From Gemmatales bacterium (GTDB taxonomy: Bacteria; Planctomycetota; Planctomycetia; Gemmatales; HRBIN36): a stretch of 64,000 nucleotides of DNA. How positions within the stretch are numbered: the first letter of the stretch is position 1; each line of letters begins with the position of its first letter. The translations under genes and the position numbers were made by a program. Positions 49,258-58,532 of the stretch are shown here, in pieces. The notes under the pieces were generated by a model. The model ran no database searches. It was given only the letters and a program-made list of their open reading frames with translations, and was not told the origin of the DNA. Location of the stretch: the NCBI GenBank assembly GCA_025060195.1, contig JANXCQ010000017.1:18479-82478 (forward strand), read 5' to 3'.

Positions 49258-50616
49258 CTAAGCTTGGTCGCTGCCATGGGAGTTCTCAGGGCGCGTGAGC
49301 AAACCCCATTGTAGGGCTTCGTCCTGAACATAGTTCTTGCCCAGAGTCAGCGCCGTAACCGCCTTAGCCATTTCATAACCTAAATAAAAAGCATGGTCAG
49401 GTTCGAGGTTCTCCTGGCGCAGGATCTCCCGAATGATGCGGAACGGGTCTTGGCCCCGCCAATAGCCTCTACCGCTAATGACATGGAGCTGGTCATCCTC
49501 GGCGAAAATACGAAAATTCCGATCGCGGATTTGTCGTGCCCATTCTTGGAGTAACTGGCTACCATAACGCCGCAATCGTTTATCTCGGAGCATAACTAGG
49601 CGGGGGTCTAAGTTCTTAGGCGGCACCCGCTGCTCGACGGCATAGCATACTATACGCCGGGCTAAGTCTAATTCACGAACACAAGTGCGACACCAGTTAG
49701 CTACCTGAGTGGTCAGAACGCTCGTGATATTCAGTTCCTCACAGAATCCCGCCAGCAGCAAGTTAATACCGGCGGAGTCGACCTCTGAGAGTTCCGTGAG
49801 GTTACCGACCCCCATAAGCATCTTCACTTCGGGATAGCGCCGACGTACTTCGAGATAGCGACCTAATGAGGCGGCAAAACCGCTTCCGATGGGCTCTAAT
49901 ATAGGGTCGACCCGAAACGGTACTCCCCGAGATGCGAGCCATTCTATATTTCGATCTAAACCCTCTAAGTTTGCGGGAACGTCGGGTATCAGCACTACTT
50001 CACTGCCCCAGTCGGGAGCAGCTTCGATGTTCGAGCTATGCACACTAAGCACTAACTCCGCTCCCGCTCGCACTGCTTCGCTGATCTCCTGAACATTGAA
50101 ACTGTCCACGGAGACGCGGAGTCCGGCATCGCGTAGGCATTTAACTGCATCGCCGATAGTCGTCCACGTAGTTCCCGGCTCGCAACCTAAGTCAATGATG
50201 TCGGCGCCTTCGCGGCGTAGCCGTTGGGCTTCCGCCAGTAATTCCTCGCGCGTCAGACGAGGAGCATAGTTAATTTCCGCCAGGATTTCGATGTGATACT
50301 TATCTAAACTCACTTGCCGCTTCTGTCCGAAATAGCTGGGCAGGTCGATCAGATCTTTAGGGCCTACCTCGACAGGGACCTTAGCTTTTTGCAGGAGGGG
50401 GGTCAAGTCTCCACCACACCATCCTGGGATCATAATACGGTCTATATGTTCGGGAGGCTGTAAGTGTCGGGCGATCCAGTCAGGCGTCATGAGCGCAGCC
50501 ACGCTGATATTGAGAACAGCTATCTCATACTCCCAGCCCGCCTTGGGAGCTAACTCAGCTAACACACGTCTTAGCGCCGGTTCCGCTAATTTCCCAGTTA
50601 CAAATAAGTAGCGCAT
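49258..50616 (-). CDS. Dihydropteroate-synthase-like protein of the methanopterin pathway (Orf20/DUF6513-like)
   Basis: LFVTGKLAE, VAALMT, GPKDL.DLP.YFG, GADIIDLGC, DPILEPIG.GF..SL.RY, HAFYLGYE, YVQDE.L.WG. Confidence 0.88.
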   Translation of the reverse strand: MRYLFVTGKLAEPALRRVLAELAPKAGWEYEIAVLNISVAALMTPDWIARHLQPPEHIDRIMIPGWCGGDLTPLLQKAKVPVEVGPKDLIDLPSYFGQKRQVSLDKYHIEILAEINYAPRLTREELLAEAQRLRREGADIIDLGCEPGTTWTTIGDAVKCLRDAGLRVSVDSFNVQEISEAVRAGAELVLSVHSSNIEAAPDWGSEVVLIPDVPANLEGLDRNIEWLASRGVPFRVDPILEPIGSGFAASLGRYLEVRRRYPEVKMLMGVGNLTELSEVDSAGINLLLAGFCEELNITSVLTTQVANWCRTCVRELDLARRIVCYAVEQRVPPKNLDPRLVMLRDKRLRRYGSQLLQEWARQIRDRNFRIFAEDDQLHVISGRGYWRGQDPFRIIREILRQENLEPDHAFYLGYEMAKAVTALTLGKNYVQDEALQWGLLTRPENSHGSDQA

Positions 50617-50640
50617 AGAACATCGGCAGGCCCACGAGGG

Positions 50641-50668
50641 ACTGTATTTAGTGGTACATGGGTGTCAA
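50641..50668 (-). promoter_or_regulatory. Possible sigma70 promoter of the DHPS-like gene
   Basis: Minus strand TTGACA-16 nt-TACAGT about 25 nt upstream of the ATG. Confidence 0.45.
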
Positions 50669-50867
50669 GATAGCTTATAGTACCGATACAGTTATAACCT
50701 GACTGAAGTCACGCTCCATATACAGTGGCACATGGACGCCAGGATAGCTTCCAAGGACTAAACCTGCGAGGCTGGCGTTTGGCACTCATTGATGTAAGCC
50801 CCGCGGTTCTATATACTGCTTAGAGGTCTATGCTTAGAAGGGGGATAGCTGGCCTCTGGGTCTAAGC

Positions 50868-51212
50868 TCATTCGACCCACTTTTTGGGAAAGCCCGGCAG
50901 CGGCGAACCAGGCTCCGGTTTCCAGGTGGCTAATTGTTCGATGCGTTTGGCCAGTTCGAAATCGAGTTCGGTGATGCCGCGGACTTTGTGCGTCTGTAAT
51001 TTCACGGTCAGCTCGGCATAGCCCAAGGTGAGATCAGGATGGTGGTAGGCGGCCTCGGAAATGTAGCCAATAGCGTTAGCCAGCAACAACGTGTGGGCGT
51101 AGCCTGGCGTGCGGTATTTGCGACGCAGCCAGCCTTCGCGATATTCCCAATGCGGTAATTGCTGCAACCGCTGTTGAATTTCCTCTTCGCTCAGCACACG
51201 AAGCTCGACCAT
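50868..51212 (-). CDS. Pterin-4-alpha-carbinolamine dehydratase
   Basis: EAAYHHPDL, LQTH...GITELDFELA. Confidence 0.9.
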   Translation of the reverse strand: MVELRVLSEEEIQQRLQQLPHWEYREGWLRRKYRTPGYAHTLLLANAIGYISEAAYHHPDLTLGYAELTVKLQTHKVRGITELDFELAKRIEQLATWKPEPGSPLPGFPKKWVE

Positions 51213-51238
51213 AAGTTACCTCCCCCTTCGAGTGGCCA

Positions 51239-51652
51239 TCAGCCTTCGCGGTTGGGTGCATAGGTAGCATAGCAACTTTCGGTTTCCCAGAGACTGACGG
51301 AGACTACGGGAAATCCCTCACGCTGGGCGTATTCATAGATGAGGCGCGCTATGTTTTCTGCAGTGGGATTAACATCTAACACATAAAACGGCTCTCCCAA
51401 TTGGCGCAGATAAGGCAGGATCGGATCATCGCGGTGCAGAATCATCTTGTGGTCAAGGTTCGCATCTATCCAGCCTTGAATAACCCGTTTGATCTGGCCA
51501 AAATCTAGTACCATGCCTCGCGCATCGAGGTGTGGTGCCTCTAAAGTGATTACCGCTTTACCGTTATGGCCATGCAGGTAGCGACATTTGCCATCATAGT
51601 TCAGCAAGCGATGGCCATAACAGAAATAAATTTCGCGCGTGACGCGATACAT
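51239..51652 (-). CDS. queD: 6-carboxytetrahydropterin synthase / PTPS family
   Basis: F.YGHRL, CRYLHGHN (Cx3HGH), DF, LDH, PTAENIA, WET. Confidence 0.88.
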   Translation of the reverse strand: MYRVTREIYFCYGHRLLNYDGKCRYLHGHNGKAVITLEAPHLDARGMVLDFGQIKRVIQGWIDANLDHKMILHRDDPILPYLRQLGEPFYVLDVNPTAENIARLIYEYAQREGFPVVSVSLWETESCYATYAPNREG

Positions 51653-51755
51653 CAGGAATCTCCCCTCAGCTAGTAGGCTGGGAATGCGCGACTAAGAAAA
51701 TTATCAGGGGCCTCTATTTCTTAGAGTAGAGGACGACTGAATGGCCGAAGGTTGA

Positions 51756-52436
51756 TCAATTCGCATATTCTGTGGGATCGGGCAAGCCACACCGAGCGAA
51801 CGCCTGCTGACGTTCGGCACACTTGTTACAGCGACCGCAGTGGCGTTGCTGTTGCGGGCTGATGCAGGAGAAGGTCCACTGCAAGGGGAAAGCCTGCCCC
51901 GCAGAAATTACCTGCGTTTTATCTAAGTGGCGCAGGGGCTGAAGAATGCGTAAGCGGGCTTGACAGGCTTCGTTGACGAGGTCGGCCAGGTGACGCATAA
52001 AAGTCGGCGTGGCGTCTGAGAAGGGATTGCCTTTGAGCGTTCCCAGCGCTAGTACGCCGACGTTATTCAGGTGGCACCACAGCAGCGCTTTGCTCAGGAG
52101 CAAGACGTTGCGTCCTGGCAGATAAACTGCTTCATCCGGCGAATTAGCATCGGGCACTTGGCGACCATCCAGGCTCCAGTGTGCCCCGTAGAGGTCGGCC
52201 ACGGGTACTTCCAGCAGCACTAACGGCTGCAAACTCGGCAGGCGCAGGTGCTGGAGAAACTCGCGGAGGTAATACAGTTCCACCGCTTCCCAAAGCAAGC
52301 CGCATCGGATATATACCGGGTGCACGCGATGCTGCCGTTGTGCGGCCAGCGCTAGTAGTACGGCACTATCTAACCCGCCACTGACTAAGACGGCCAAAGG
52401 CTCTTCGGGAGTGATGCTGGAAAAGTCGGGGGTCAT
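51756..52436 (-). CDS. QueC-like PP-loop ATPase (divergent)
   Basis: SGGLDS, PGRN, Zn motif FSC-x8-CGRCNKC.ER, DPT.Y; canonical YGQ and YPDC motifs are altered. Confidence 0.85.
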   Translation of the reverse strand: MTPDFSSITPEEPLAVLVSGGLDSAVLLALAAQRQHRVHPVYIRCGLLWEAVELYYLREFLQHLRLPSLQPLVLLEVPVADLYGAHWSLDGRQVPDANSPDEAVYLPGRNVLLLSKALLWCHLNNVGVLALGTLKGNPFSDATPTFMRHLADLVNEACQARLRILQPLRHLDKTQVISAGQAFPLQWTFSCISPQQQRHCGRCNKCAERQQAFARCGLPDPTEYAN

Positions 52437-52563
52437 GATTGGGTATCGTTGTCGCGAGATCAGACAGTCTCTGCCGGTCGCGGCTCAGGGAATTGTATGA
52501 GCTGAATTTCGGAATCCACTTATCCGCGCCCAGGTGGGTCGCTGGACGTGGGGATGGGCTAAG

Positions 52564-52592
52564 TTGACAGCCGGGCTTGGTTAAGCGATAAT
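52564..52592 (+). promoter_or_regulatory. Sigma70-type promoter of prs
   Basis: TTGACA-17 nt-GATAAT. Confidence 0.7.
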
Positions 52593-52630
52593 GGCGGCAG
52601 ACAGCTAGTGGCGGCAACTCGGAGCGGGGC

Positions 52631-53590
52631 ATGCATGATAATAATTTCGAACTCAAGGTCTTCAGTGGGCGGAGCCATCCCCAGTTGGCCGCGGATATTT
52701 GCCAAGCCCTCGGGATTCCGTTAGGCAAAATCTCGTTAGGTAACTTTCCCGACGGCGAGATTTCAGTGCGAATTGAGGAAGATGTACGCGGACGCGACAT
52801 TTTCCTTGTGCAGCCGACCTGTCCGCCGGTGAACGAGAACCTGATGGAATTGCTGATCATGATCGACAGCTTCCGTCGGGCCAGCGCGGCGCGAATCACT
52901 GCGGTGTTGCCTTACTACGGTTATGCTCGACAGGATCGAAAGGACGTGGGGCGTGTGCCGATCTCGGCCAAGTTGGTAGCTAACTTGCTTACGGTAGCCG
53001 GGGCCAATCGCTTGCTGACTGTGGATTTGCATGCCTATCAGATTCAGGGGTTTTTTGATATTCCTGTGGATCATTTGCTGGCGGCACCGGTGTTCGATGA
53101 GTACATCCAGCGCACCTTGCGGCTGCGCGCTGAGGAGATTGTGATTGTCAGTCCCGATGAGGGCCGGATCAAGATGGCGTTAGCCCATCAGAAGAAGCTG
53201 GGGGGCGGCTTAGCGATTGTAGATAAGCGGCGGGCCAGTGCTACGGAAACGAGGCAGGCCAACTTAATCGGCGATCCGTTGCGCGGGAAAATTGCCCTGC
53301 TGTTTGACGACATGATCGCCACCGGGGGCAGCATTGTCGGTGCGGCCCAGGTTTGCAAGGCTCACGGAGCGCGGGCGATTTATGCCTTTGCTAGCCATGC
53401 GGTACTGTGCGGTCCCGCCATTGAGCGGTTACGCGAAGCACCGTTTGACGAAATCGTGGTCAGCGATAGCATTCCCGTGCCGGCGCACAAACGTCTGCCG
53501 AACCTAAAGATACTAAGTCTCGCCCCGATGCTGGGCGAAGCGATTCGCCGAATTCATCGCAACGAATCGGTCAGCGCTTTATTTCAATGA
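52631..53590 (+). CDS. prs: Ribose-phosphate pyrophosphokinase
   Basis: FPDGE, PYYGYARQDRK, DLHAYQIQGFFDIPVD, VSPD, DDMIATGGS. Confidence 0.97.
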   Translation: MHDNNFELKVFSGRSHPQLAADICQALGIPLGKISLGNFPDGEISVRIEEDVRGRDIFLVQPTCPPVNENLMELLIMIDSFRRASAARITAVLPYYGYARQDRKDVGRVPISAKLVANLLTVAGANRLLTVDLHAYQIQGFFDIPVDHLLAAPVFDEYIQRTLRLRAEEIVIVSPDEGRIKMALAHQKKLGGGLAIVDKRRASATETRQANLIGDPLRGKIALLFDDMIATGGSIVGAAQVCKAHGARAIYAFASHAVLCGPAIERLREAPFDEIVVSDSIPVPAHKRLPNLKILSLAPMLGEAIRRIHRNESVSALFQ

Positions 53591-54726
53591 CTGTGCCGCT
53601 GGACAAGCTGGTTACTGACAATCCTGCCGAGGCAGGGTTTGACGCGGCGCGGTTGGAACGAGCCTACGACTGGCTTGCGCGTTGGACGAAGGAAGACAAG
53701 ATACCGGCCGCGGCCATCTGCGTGGGTGGCCGGGGCCGCATGGTGCGTCCCAGGTTTTTTGGTCGCCAGGACCCTCAGGGGCAGGCGGCGTTACGGAGTG
53801 ATGCGTTGTTCCTGGTGGCCTCGATTACGAAACCGGTCACGGCCACGGCAGTGATGCTACTGGTGGAGCGAGGTTATTTGCGGTTGGAGGATCGCGTAGT
53901 GGAATACGTGCCCAAGTTTGGTCAGCTGGGTAAGGAGAGCGTGCAAATACGCCATCTGCTTACCCACACTTCGGGATTGCCCGACATGTTGCCTAACAAC
54001 GAAAAGTTGCGAGCGGCGCATCAGCCCTTGTCCGTGTTTATTGAGGAGATTTGCCGCACGCCCTTACTGTTTCCGCCGGGGACGAAAGTCAGTTATCAGA
54101 GCATGGGCATGGCGATGTTGGCCGAGGTGGTGCACCAGATTAGCGGCATGAGCTTACGCGACTTCCTGCGCAAGGAAATCTTCGAGCCGTTGGGCATGCA
54201 CGATACCTCATTAGGCTGGCAACCGCAAAAGCGGGATCGTATCGCACGCATCCGCATCAGCCCCGAACTGGAAAAGACCGATTGGCACTGGAACAGTGCT
54301 TATTGGCTGGGTTTCGGAGCACCGTGGGGCGGGTTGATCACCTCGCCGAGCGATTTTGCACGGTTCTGTCTGATGATGTTGGGACAAGGCCAGCTTGGCC
54401 CGGTGCGGATACTTAGTCCGGCGACGGTGCGGGCGATGACGTGTAACCAGCTCGCGGCCATGCCGCTGGTGCCCGAGGAAGATCGCCGTTGTCGGCCCTG
54501 GGGCTTGGGATGGCGCTTGAACTGGCCGGCCAGTAGTGCCAACTTTGGCGATCTGCTTGGCCCGCGCACTTATGGGCATTGGGGCGCCACGGGCACCCTG
54601 TGTTGGCTCGATCCGGATGCGGAGGCTTTCTTAGTATTGTTTACCACCCAACCACAGGAGCCCGAAGGCCGATTCCTGGCGCGGATTTCTAACTGTGTGG
54701 CCGCGGCCTTGTTGCCCAAGACCTGA
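53587..54726 (+). CDS. Serine hydrolase, beta-lactamase class C/esterase family, no signal peptide
   Basis: SITK (SxxK), LLTHTSG, F.PG...SY, GHWG; ATGA overlap with prs. Confidence 0.9.
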   Translation: MTVPLDKLVTDNPAEAGFDAARLERAYDWLARWTKEDKIPAAAICVGGRGRMVRPRFFGRQDPQGQAALRSDALFLVASITKPVTATAVMLLVERGYLRLEDRVVEYVPKFGQLGKESVQIRHLLTHTSGLPDMLPNNEKLRAAHQPLSVFIEEICRTPLLFPPGTKVSYQSMGMAMLAEVVHQISGMSLRDFLRKEIFEPLGMHDTSLGWQPQKRDRIARIRISPELEKTDWHWNSAYWLGFGAPWGGLITSPSDFARFCLMMLGQGQLGPVRILSPATVRAMTCNQLAAMPLVPEEDRRCRPWGLGWRLNWPASSANFGDLLGPRTYGHWGATGTLCWLDPDAEAFLVLFTTQPQEPEGRFLARISNCVAAALLPKT

Positions 54727-54735
54727 ATTGAAAAC

Positions 54736-56370
54736 TCAGGGGTTCGGTTCGAGCGGCGATTCCGGATCGGTCAAGAACCGAGCGGCGATGAGGTAACCTT
54801 GCGGCGTCGGTTGCACGCGGACGATGTGCGCTGGCAATGCCACCGCGCCCGGCCGGCCGTCCTGGAAAGGAATGATTTGGACTTGTTCTTCAGGCAGAGG
54901 TTGCTGCGCTAGAAAGGAGATACCTGTCGAAGATATGTCCTGACCGACCACCTGAAGCTGATTACCGCCTGGGCTATCGGAAACGCCATAGCAAACCAGC
55001 AAAGGTTCGTGAAACTCGAAGCGTTCATGCTGTCGGCGTTCAGGGGTGGCCATAAGAAAAGAACGCAACTGCTCGAGAAACATCGGACCGAACGATTCCA
55101 GGATTTCCCGTTGCCGTTGGCGATATTTTCCGACATATTCTATCTCAATGCTTACTTTTGTCATACTCGACCAGGCGGGCTCGAACCACAGACGTACCTC
55201 AAATACGTCGCGTACTACGGGCAGCACTTTCTGCCACCAGCTTTCCTGCCCGGTAATGCGGACGACGATGTGAAAACTGTCCACCTGCAGCAGGCGCGTA
55301 GGCCATTGTGAGAGAAACCCCATGACTTTCTGCCACGCCAGGCCAGGGGCAAGCACGGCGGCGCAGGTGTGCTGCAACACGCCCTGGGCAATATAGCGAT
55401 AGCGCATGCCGCGAAATTCGCGCACTTCAATACCGCGACTGGCAAACCCGACCAGTCGGCTGACGCTGCGATGAAGTCGCCAATCCTGTTGCCAACCCGG
55501 CACATAGAGTTGGGGACTCGGCCCAGACACAGACTCGACACGTCCGGGGGCCTCGCGCAGAGCCCGCACCAATTCGCAGCACGTGGCAAAGCGCTCTTCT
55601 GGTCGGCGAGCCAAGGCACGCGCCACGGCCTCACGATCCTTTGCAGGCAACGGCTCCAAGTCAGGTTGTTGCCAGGACTCCCCGCTCAGATCGCGCAACC
55701 GACCAATGTGAAACGGATGGGAACCCGTCAACAACTCCTGATACAGTACCGCCAAGCTGAATTGATCACTGGCCCAGTGCGGTCGGCCGGCGAAGACTTC
55801 GGGAGCCGCATAGCGGGGACTGTATTGCGCCGCAGGGCGGCGTTGCGGCACCCACAATAACTCGACCACACCATAATCACTCACAGCCGCCTGACCATTG
55901 CGTAGCCATAACACCCGCGGACTTAGGCCTAAGTGCATCAAGGCATGTTCCTGACGCAAGAAGTCTAAGGCCTCCGCCACCTGTCCGAGCAGGGTCAGCA
56001 GTTTCTGTCGCCTTAAACCATAAGGGCCTTCTAACGGGATGGTTCGGAAATACTCCGCCCAGGTGCAATCCGCTGCCTCGGTTATCAGAATCAGGCGTCC
56101 GCCTTCGGGAATCACCGCTTCCACAGGCAGCAAGTAAGGATGCCGTATCGAGGTGAGCCGTTCCTCGGCCAGCGTAGGCACCGGACTATCGGGATGAACC
56201 GCAAAACCCTTGACGTAAGTAACCAGCCGCGGCTTACCGTCGGGTCCGATGGCGCGCCATACTGCGCGTAACCGATTCTCCTCCAGGCAGCTTTCAAACC
56301 GCAGCCCCTGATGTAGAACTAGCTTGCGCTCGGCTGCCAGCGTGGCCACGAATCCTCCCTCCCCGCCCAC
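54736..56370 (-). CDS. Ser/Thr kinase-like pseudokinase fused to a C-terminal PilZ domain
   Basis: Kinase C-lobe YAAPE, SDQFSLA, ELLTG..PF; PilZ motifs ERRQHER and DISSTG. Confidence 0.8.
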   Translation of the reverse strand: MGGEGGFVATLAAERKLVLHQGLRFESCLEENRLRAVWRAIGPDGKPRLVTYVKGFAVHPDSPVPTLAEERLTSIRHPYLLPVEAVIPEGGRLILITEAADCTWAEYFRTIPLEGPYGLRRQKLLTLLGQVAEALDFLRQEHALMHLGLSPRVLWLRNGQAAVSDYGVVELLWVPQRRPAAQYSPRYAAPEVFAGRPHWASDQFSLAVLYQELLTGSHPFHIGRLRDLSGESWQQPDLEPLPAKDREAVARALARRPEERFATCCELVRALREAPGRVESVSGPSPQLYVPGWQQDWRLHRSVSRLVGFASRGIEVREFRGMRYRYIAQGVLQHTCAAVLAPGLAWQKVMGFLSQWPTRLLQVDSFHIVVRITGQESWWQKVLPVVRDVFEVRLWFEPAWSSMTKVSIEIEYVGKYRQRQREILESFGPMFLEQLRSFLMATPERRQHERFEFHEPLLVCYGVSDSPGGNQLQVVGQDISSTGISFLAQQPLPEEQVQIIPFQDGRPGAVALPAHIVRVQPTPQGYLIAARFLTDPESPLEPNP

Positions 56371-56504
56371 GGGTCGGCCCTAAGCACGAGAGCCTCGATG
56401 CTGCGCCACGAAACTCGACGCGCGTTTCAGCACGACTTCCCTTAGGTCGTCGCCGGATACCGTCGCCTAGGTCACAAAAGCTGGCCTATCCAATCACCGC
56501 GCAT

Positions 56505-56635
56505 AAAAAGGGCGAGAGAGGGTCCCCTCACCAGCTCCCAGCTCTCCCTCCCTCGCCTGGTGCTGGCGCCCCTCCCCAAAGGCACCAGCCCGCCAAAGAG
56601 GAGGACCATGCGCAGTCACTCGTGCCTCTCTTTGG
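56505..56635. ncRNA. Putative structured RNA (three adjacent hairpins)
   Basis: Stems 56511-22/56546-57, 56557-63/56582-88, 56593-600/56628-35; A5 tract at 56505-09 (U-tail on the minus strand). Confidence 0.4.
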
Positions 56636-56671
56636 TCGCTCTAATCTAGGTCATAATCTTGGCTCAGTCAA

Positions 56672-58132
56672 ATGAAACGTCTTAGTATGCAACCCCAAGT
56701 GGTCGATCACGGCGTGCGTTACCGCGTGCTGGCTTTTTTGTGTGTGCTCTCCATGATCACTTATCTGGATCGCGTGGCCATGGGCGCAGCGGCGCCGGCG
56801 ATTGCTGCGGCATTATTCGGCCCGGGCACGGGTGTGGAAGTTCTCAAGTGGGCATTCACCGCATTCACGTTCGCCTACGCGGCATTTGAAGTGCCCAGCG
56901 GCTGGTTGGGGGACGTTTTCGGACCGAAACGCACCTTGATTCGCATCGTCCTCTGGTGGTCAGCTTTCACCGCCCTGACTGGATTCACTGCTTGGGAAAT
57001 TGTCCAAGGGCGCTATGTCTTCGGTACTGGCGAAGTGGCCCTATTATGGCTCATCGCCATTCGTTTCCTCTTCGGCGTCGGTGAGGCGGGCGCCTATCCC
57101 AACATTACACGGGCCCTGCACAACTGGATGCCCTTGAGCGAACGTGGCCGTGCCCAAGGAGCTATCTGGTTCAGTGGCCGACTTATGGGCGGATTGACCC
57201 CCCTGATTTGGGTCCTGCTCGTGGAATGGTTCTTAGTGCGTGCCCTGGGGCTGTCTCATGACCTGAGCTGGCGGGTAGCCTTTTGGATATTCGGCGGTTT
57301 GGGGGTAATCTGGTGCCTAGCCTTTGCGGCCTATTTTAGCGACCGCCCAGAACAGCATCCCCAAGTCAGCCAAGGCGAACTGGATTTCATCCAACTAGGC
57401 CGCCTTGGTGAAGAAAGTGCCCACGCGGGAGTCCCCTGGCTGCAACTGTTGACCGACCGCAATCTCTGGACGCTGTGCCTGATGTATTTCTGTGCCGCCT
57501 TCGGCTGGTATTTTCACATCACCTACCTGCCCGGCTTCCTGGAGCGTCACTACAACGTCCCCAAAGAAAGCCTGCTGGGCGGATTGTTCAAAGGCGGCCC
57601 GCTGATCTTCGGGGCACTGGGATGCATAGTGGGAGGCTGGCTCACCGATGCCTGGCTACGCCGCACCGGCGACCGCACATGGGCACGCCGTCGTTTTGGT
57701 ATCCTGGGCCACTTGCTCTGCGCCGCGTGTTTCCCCCTGTGCATCTTCGCCCCCTGGGCCTGGTTATTCGCCCTGTGCATCTCCCTCGCCGCTTTCTGGA
57801 ATGACATCACTATGGGGCCTAGTTGGGCCATCTGCCAAGACATCGGCAAACGTTACGCCGCTATCGTCGCAGGGTGCATGAACACCATCGGCAATCTCGG
57901 CGGCGCCGCCGCTAATCTGGTAACAGGCACGATCGTCGAGTGGACGAAACACTACCTGCAAAACACGCATCCATCGTTAGATGCGGAACGCCTCGGCTAC
58001 AACTTGAACTTCGTCCTCTTTTCAGCCGTTTACCTCACCGCCACTGTGCTTTGGTTCTTCATTGACGCTACGAAACCCGTTGCCGGACAACGTGATTTCG
58101 ACCCGGAGCATCAAGCTGGGCGAAAAGCGTAA
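56672..58132 (+). CDS. MFS transporter (ACS/anion-cation symporter-like)
   Basis: ITYLDR, YAAFEVPSGWLGDVFG, RFLFGVGEAGAYP, ERGRAQG, MNTIGNLGG. Confidence 0.92.
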   Translation: MKRLSMQPQVVDHGVRYRVLAFLCVLSMITYLDRVAMGAAAPAIAAALFGPGTGVEVLKWAFTAFTFAYAAFEVPSGWLGDVFGPKRTLIRIVLWWSAFTALTGFTAWEIVQGRYVFGTGEVALLWLIAIRFLFGVGEAGAYPNITRALHNWMPLSERGRAQGAIWFSGRLMGGLTPLIWVLLVEWFLVRALGLSHDLSWRVAFWIFGGLGVIWCLAFAAYFSDRPEQHPQVSQGELDFIQLGRLGEESAHAGVPWLQLLTDRNLWTLCLMYFCAAFGWYFHITYLPGFLERHYNVPKESLLGGLFKGGPLIFGALGCIVGGWLTDAWLRRTGDRTWARRRFGILGHLLCAACFPLCIFAPWAWLFALCISLAAFWNDITMGPSWAICQDIGKRYAAIVAGCMNTIGNLGGAAANLVTGTIVEWTKHYLQNTHPSLDAERLGYNLNFVLFSAVYLTATVLWFFIDATKPVAGQRDFDPEHQAGRKA

Positions 58133-58532
58133 CTTATGGCGCGCCAACATTACTCTAAACGGTTCCATAGACCTGCGCTCTGTCCGGCGTTTCACCAGAC
58201 GCGGAGTTAGCCTTCCTTCGTAAGAATAGAACGCTCCGACGTTTATGCCGCCATGGCCTTGGTATTGTGGATTCTCAGGCACCCTGAGAAACTCGTTGTT
58301 TCTCGCCTGGCCAATTTTGTCACATTCGTGCCCAGGGGAAAGTTTCACCTAATAGTAAGGGGATAATGTGTGCCGGCCGTCAATAATGCTGAATTCCAAG
58401 CGCTGTTAGCCCACGGCACATGGCCGTGTGCTTCTCGATAAGCAATCCTTGAGACCATGAGCGACCAGGTCCGAGGTCTGAGTCACAATCAAGGCCTCCG
58501 GACATTGGGATGATCCATCAAGGAGTAAACGC

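Noticed and set aside
51239-51652. PTPS-III (FolB bypass) assignment
   Set aside because: The active-site motif is C-R-Y-L-HGH (Cx3HGH, QueD type), without the Glu characteristic of PTPS-III.
51239-52436. queC/queD as a phage-type 7-deazaguanine DNA-modification (dpd) or QatC-type defence system
   Set aside because: No dpdA/tgt paralog, ATPase or nuclease is adjacent; the context is pterin cofactor biosynthesis.
53587-54726. Antibiotic-resistance beta-lactamase
   Set aside because: There is no signal peptide and the motifs fit generic cytoplasmic serine hydrolases/esterases; resistance cannot be claimed.
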